Below, one piece after another: positions 29,714 to 32,000 of a stretch of 32,000 nt of DNA (positions are counted from its first letter, which is position 1; the number at the start of each line of letters is the position of its first letter). Source of the DNA: Ignicoccus hospitalis KIN4/I. GTDB taxonomy: Archaea; Thermoproteota; Thermoprotei_A; Sulfolobales; Ignicoccaceae. The stretch spans positions 60,001-92,000 of the forward strand of contig NC_009776.1 in assembly GCF_000017945.1 (NCBI RefSeq), in the 5' to 3' direction. The position numbers and the translations under genes are program-made. Under the pieces are notes generated by a model. The model made no database searches, was not told the DNA's origin, and worked only from the letters and a program-made list of their open reading frames with translations.

Positions 29714-31390
29714 ATGGCGGCCGGTGTACCGGTTCTGATACTCAAGGAGGGCGCCACCAGGACCTACGGCAGGGAGGCTCTGAGGAGCAACATACTAGCC
29801 GCTAGGATAATTGCCGAAGCGTTGAAGACCAGCTTGGGTCCCAGAGGAATGGACAAGATGATAGTTGACGCCTTCGGAGACATCACTGTAACCAACGACG
29901 GTGTAACCATACTCAAGGAGATGGACGTCCAGCACCCTGCCGCCAAGTTGATCGTGGAGACCGCCAAGGCTCAAGATGCGGAGGTGGGCGACGGCACTAC
30001 CAGCGTCGTCGTCTTGGCCGGCAGCTTGCTGGAAAAGGCCGAGCCCCTGCTCGACCAGAACATCCACCCCAGCATAATAATCGAAGGATACAAGAAGGCG
30101 ATGGAGAAGGCTCTAGAGGAGCTCAGCAACATAGCCGTTAAGATAAACCCCAAGGACAAGGAGTATATGAGGAAGCTAGTATACACCACCCTCAGCAGCA
30201 AGTTCGTCGGCCAGGAGGCCGAGGAGATAAGGAACAAGCTGCTAGACATGATAATCGAGGCCGCCTACACCGTGGCCGTCGAGCAGCCTGACGGCACTCT
30301 GAGGATGAGCCTCGACGACATAAAGATAGAAAAGAAGAAGGGCGGAAGCTTGCTCGACAGCCAGCTGGTAAAGGGCATAGTGCTGGACAAGGAAGTGGTC
30401 CACCCGGGCATGCCGAAGAGGGTGGAGAACGCGAAGATACTGGTCCTCGACGCCCCGCTGGAGGTCGAGAAGCCCGACATAACTGCCAAGATAAACATAA
30501 CTGACCCCAGGCAGATAGAGGCGTTCTTGGAGGAGCAGACCAAGATACTCAAGGAGATGGTAGACAAGATCGCCGAGACCGGCGCCAACGTAGTGATAAC
30601 TCAGAAGGGCATCGACGACGTCGCCGCTCACTTCTTGGCGAAGAAGGGCATAATGGCCGTTAGGAGGGTGAAGAGGAGCGACATAGAGAAGGTGGCCAAG
30701 GCTACCGGAGCCAAGGTGGTGACCAGCATAAAGGACGTGAGCCCCGAGGTGTTGGGCGAGGCCAAGCTAGTGGAGGAGAGGAGGGTAGGCAAGGACAAGA
30801 TGGTCTTCATCGAGGGCGCCAAGAACCCGAGGGCGGTCACCATACTGCTGAGGGGTGCCAGCGACATGGCGCTGGACGAGGCTGAGAGGAACATAACCGA
30901 CGCTCTCCACGTGCTGAGGAACATATTCATGAAGCCCATGATAGTGGGCGGCGGAGGGGCGGTGGAGGTAGAGCTCGCCGAGCGCTTGAGGAAGTTCGCT
31001 TCCACCGTGGGCGGCAAGGAGCAGCTGGCGATAGAGGCTTACGCCGAGGCACTCGAAGAGATACCGGTAGTGTTGGCCGACACCGCGGGTATGGACACCC
31101 TCGAAGCGCTCATGGAACTGAGGAAGCTCCACAGGGAAGGCAAGATCTGGGCTGGCGTCAACGTAGTCGAGGGCAAGATAGAGGAGGACATGACCAAGCT
31201 CGGAGTAGTGGAGCCGGTGAGGGTGAGGGAGCAAGTGCTCAAGAGCGCCACCGAGGCAGCTAACGCCTTGCTGAAGATCGACGACGTGATTGCGGCCGCC
31301 CCGCCGAAGGAGGGCAAGAAGGGCAAGAAGGAAGAGGGCGGAGAGGAGGAAGAGGAAGGCGGCTCCAGCAAGTTCGGAAGCGAGTTCTAA
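29714..31390 (+). CDS. ths: Thermosome subunit (group II chaperonin)
   Basis: It has [58 protein letters not shown] and an acidic/Gly-rich tail. The track ORF begins at GTG 29705; I prefer ATG 29714 ([13 protein letters not shown]). Confidence 0.93.
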   Translation: MAAGVPVLILKEGATRTYGREALRSNILAARIIAEALKTSLGPRGMDKMIVDAFGDITVTNDGVTILKEMDVQHPAAKLIVETAKAQDAEVGDGTTSVVVLAGSLLEKAEPLLDQNIHPSIIIEGYKKAMEKALEELSNIAVKINPKDKEYMRKLVYTTLSSKFVGQEAEEIRNKLLDMIIEAAYTVAVEQPDGTLRMSLDDIKIEKKKGGSLLDSQLVKGIVLDKEVVHPGMPKRVENAKILVLDAPLEVEKPDITAKINITDPRQIEAFLEEQTKILKEMVDKIAETGANVVITQKGIDDVAAHFLAKKGIMAVRRVKRSDIEKVAKATGAKVVTSIKDVSPEVLGEAKLVEERRVGKDKMVFIEGAKNPRAVTILLRGASDMALDEAERNITDALHVLRNIFMKPMIVGGGGAVEVELAERLRKFASTVGGKEQLAIEAYAEALEEIPVVLADTAGMDTLEALMELRKLHREGKIWAGVNVVEGKIEEDMTKLGVVEPVRVREQVLKSATEAANALLKIDDVIAAAPPKEGKKGKKEEGGEEEEEGGSSKFGSEF

Positions 31391-31394
31391 GGCC

Positions 31395-31400
31395 TTTTTT
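31395..31400 (+). terminator. Oligo-T terminator after the thermosome gene
   Basis: A TTTTTT run lies 5 nt after the stop codon, followed by agTTTc. Archaeal RNAP terminates at such T tracts. Confidence 0.45.
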
Positions 31401-31437
31401 AGTTTCTCGCTCTCCCGCGCCCCGGAGCTCGAACTTG

Positions 31438-32000
31438 ATGAAGTGGAGAGAAGAGTGCGTCCGGTGCCTGCTCGACGCCCGCATTTACGATTCCTTTAAG
31501 GGCGGCGCCACCGACAAGGAGCTCCAGTTCATCCTGAGTGCCACGGTAGGTTCCATGCAACTCCCGAAGAGTAAGGCCTTCCGCTTCTCGTGGAAGGCCT
31601 TAAAGTCCGTCGTAGGTAACGTGTATGCTCTAGAAAAGAAGAGGCTCCTCGAAGAAACGCTCTCAAGGGAGCTCAAGGTACCTCAAACGTTCGAGGAGGC
31701 CCTCCGCATGGCGACGTTGGGCAACTTGTACGACACCGCGGTAGGCGGGGAGTACAGGCTAGGGAAGGTGAAGTACGGGACCTTGGTGACGGAGGGCGCG
31801 GAAGTGCTCCTCAACCCGGCCGGCACCTTGGTATACGCGGTGGACAACCTCCCGGAGCTGCCTTACGACATAATGGTTGCCAAGTACTTCAAGTACATGG
31901 GGTGGGACGTAATACTGGTGGCCCGGGAAGAAGATTACGAGATAGACGCCACCTACCCCGAGCTGGCGGAGGTGGCCCAGCTTCTGGGCTGGGACGGCAA
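31438..32000 (+). CDS. DUF89 (damage-control phosphatase ARMT1-like) family protein, partial (runs off the right edge)
   Basis: Absent from the track because there is no stop in the window. My own translation from ATG 31438 reads MKWREECVRCLLDARIYDSF...EEALRMATLGNLYDTAVGG...LVYAVDNLPELPYDIMVAKYFKYMGWDVILVARE. The N-terminal CxxC, A..GN..D and DNxxE...D patterns match archaeal DUF89 proteins. Confidence 0.6.
   Translation, partial: MKWREECVRCLLDARIYDSFKGGATDKELQFILSATVGSMQLPKSKAFRFSWKALKSVVGNVYALEKKRLLEETLSRELKVPQTFEEALRMATLGNLYDTAVGGEYRLGKVKYGTLVTEGAEVLLNPAGTLVYAVDNLPELPYDIMVAKYFKYMGWDVILVAREEDYEIDATYPELAEVAQLLGWDG

Noticed and set aside
29497-29757. An 86-aa minus-strand ORF in the CRISPR leader, and a 9-nt direct repeat GTTCCCATG at 29502-29510 and 29570-29578
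   Set aside because: The ORF overlaps the thermosome start and promoter and has a non-coding-like composition. One 9-nt repeat pair in 330 bp of leader may be chance. The C/D-like box pairs I saw in the leader (AUGAUUA...CUGA, AUGAUCU...CUGA) have spacings too short for guide RNAs.

Overview
This is a compact, gene-dense archaeal chromosome segment. Gene content, the CRISPR repeat type, the many C/D box sRNAs and the many GTG/TTG starts point to a hyperthermophilic crenarchaeon, probably Thermoproteales-like; that assignment is inference. Most genes are housekeeping: polB (partial), rps10, tRNA-Ser, nop5, gatE, priL, spt4, rpoE', DUF359 dephospho-CoA kinase, sucCD, prefoldin alpha, cobA-hemD, tRNA-Arg, thermosome and a NOL1/NOP2/Sun methyltransferase. 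Several things are not ordinary. (1) An orphan 1393-aa P-loop NTPase with winged-helix-like modules and a long coiled-coil tail has no recognisable partner genes; this is my best candidate for an undescribed function. (2) Three to four C/D box sRNAs are packed between rps10 and tRNA-Ser, with guides complementary to universally conserved 16S/23S motifs and degenerate boxes showing compensatory changes. (3) A HARP-type (RNA-free RNase P, PIN_5) gene sits back-to-back with tRNA-Arg. (4) A stand-alone encapsulated-ferritin-like gene lies upstream of an archaeal-variant ccmE (CxxxY)-ccmB pair and directly downstream of an orphan 6-repeat CRISPR array with no cas genes. (5) There are several apparently degenerate or split proteins: a KaiC-like protein without a P-loop, a PPP phosphatase with altered metal-ligand motifs, a DUF2079-like membrane protein split over two frames, and a 70-aa prefoldin-beta-like mini ORF. 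All family assignments come from motif recognition by eye. No database search was run.
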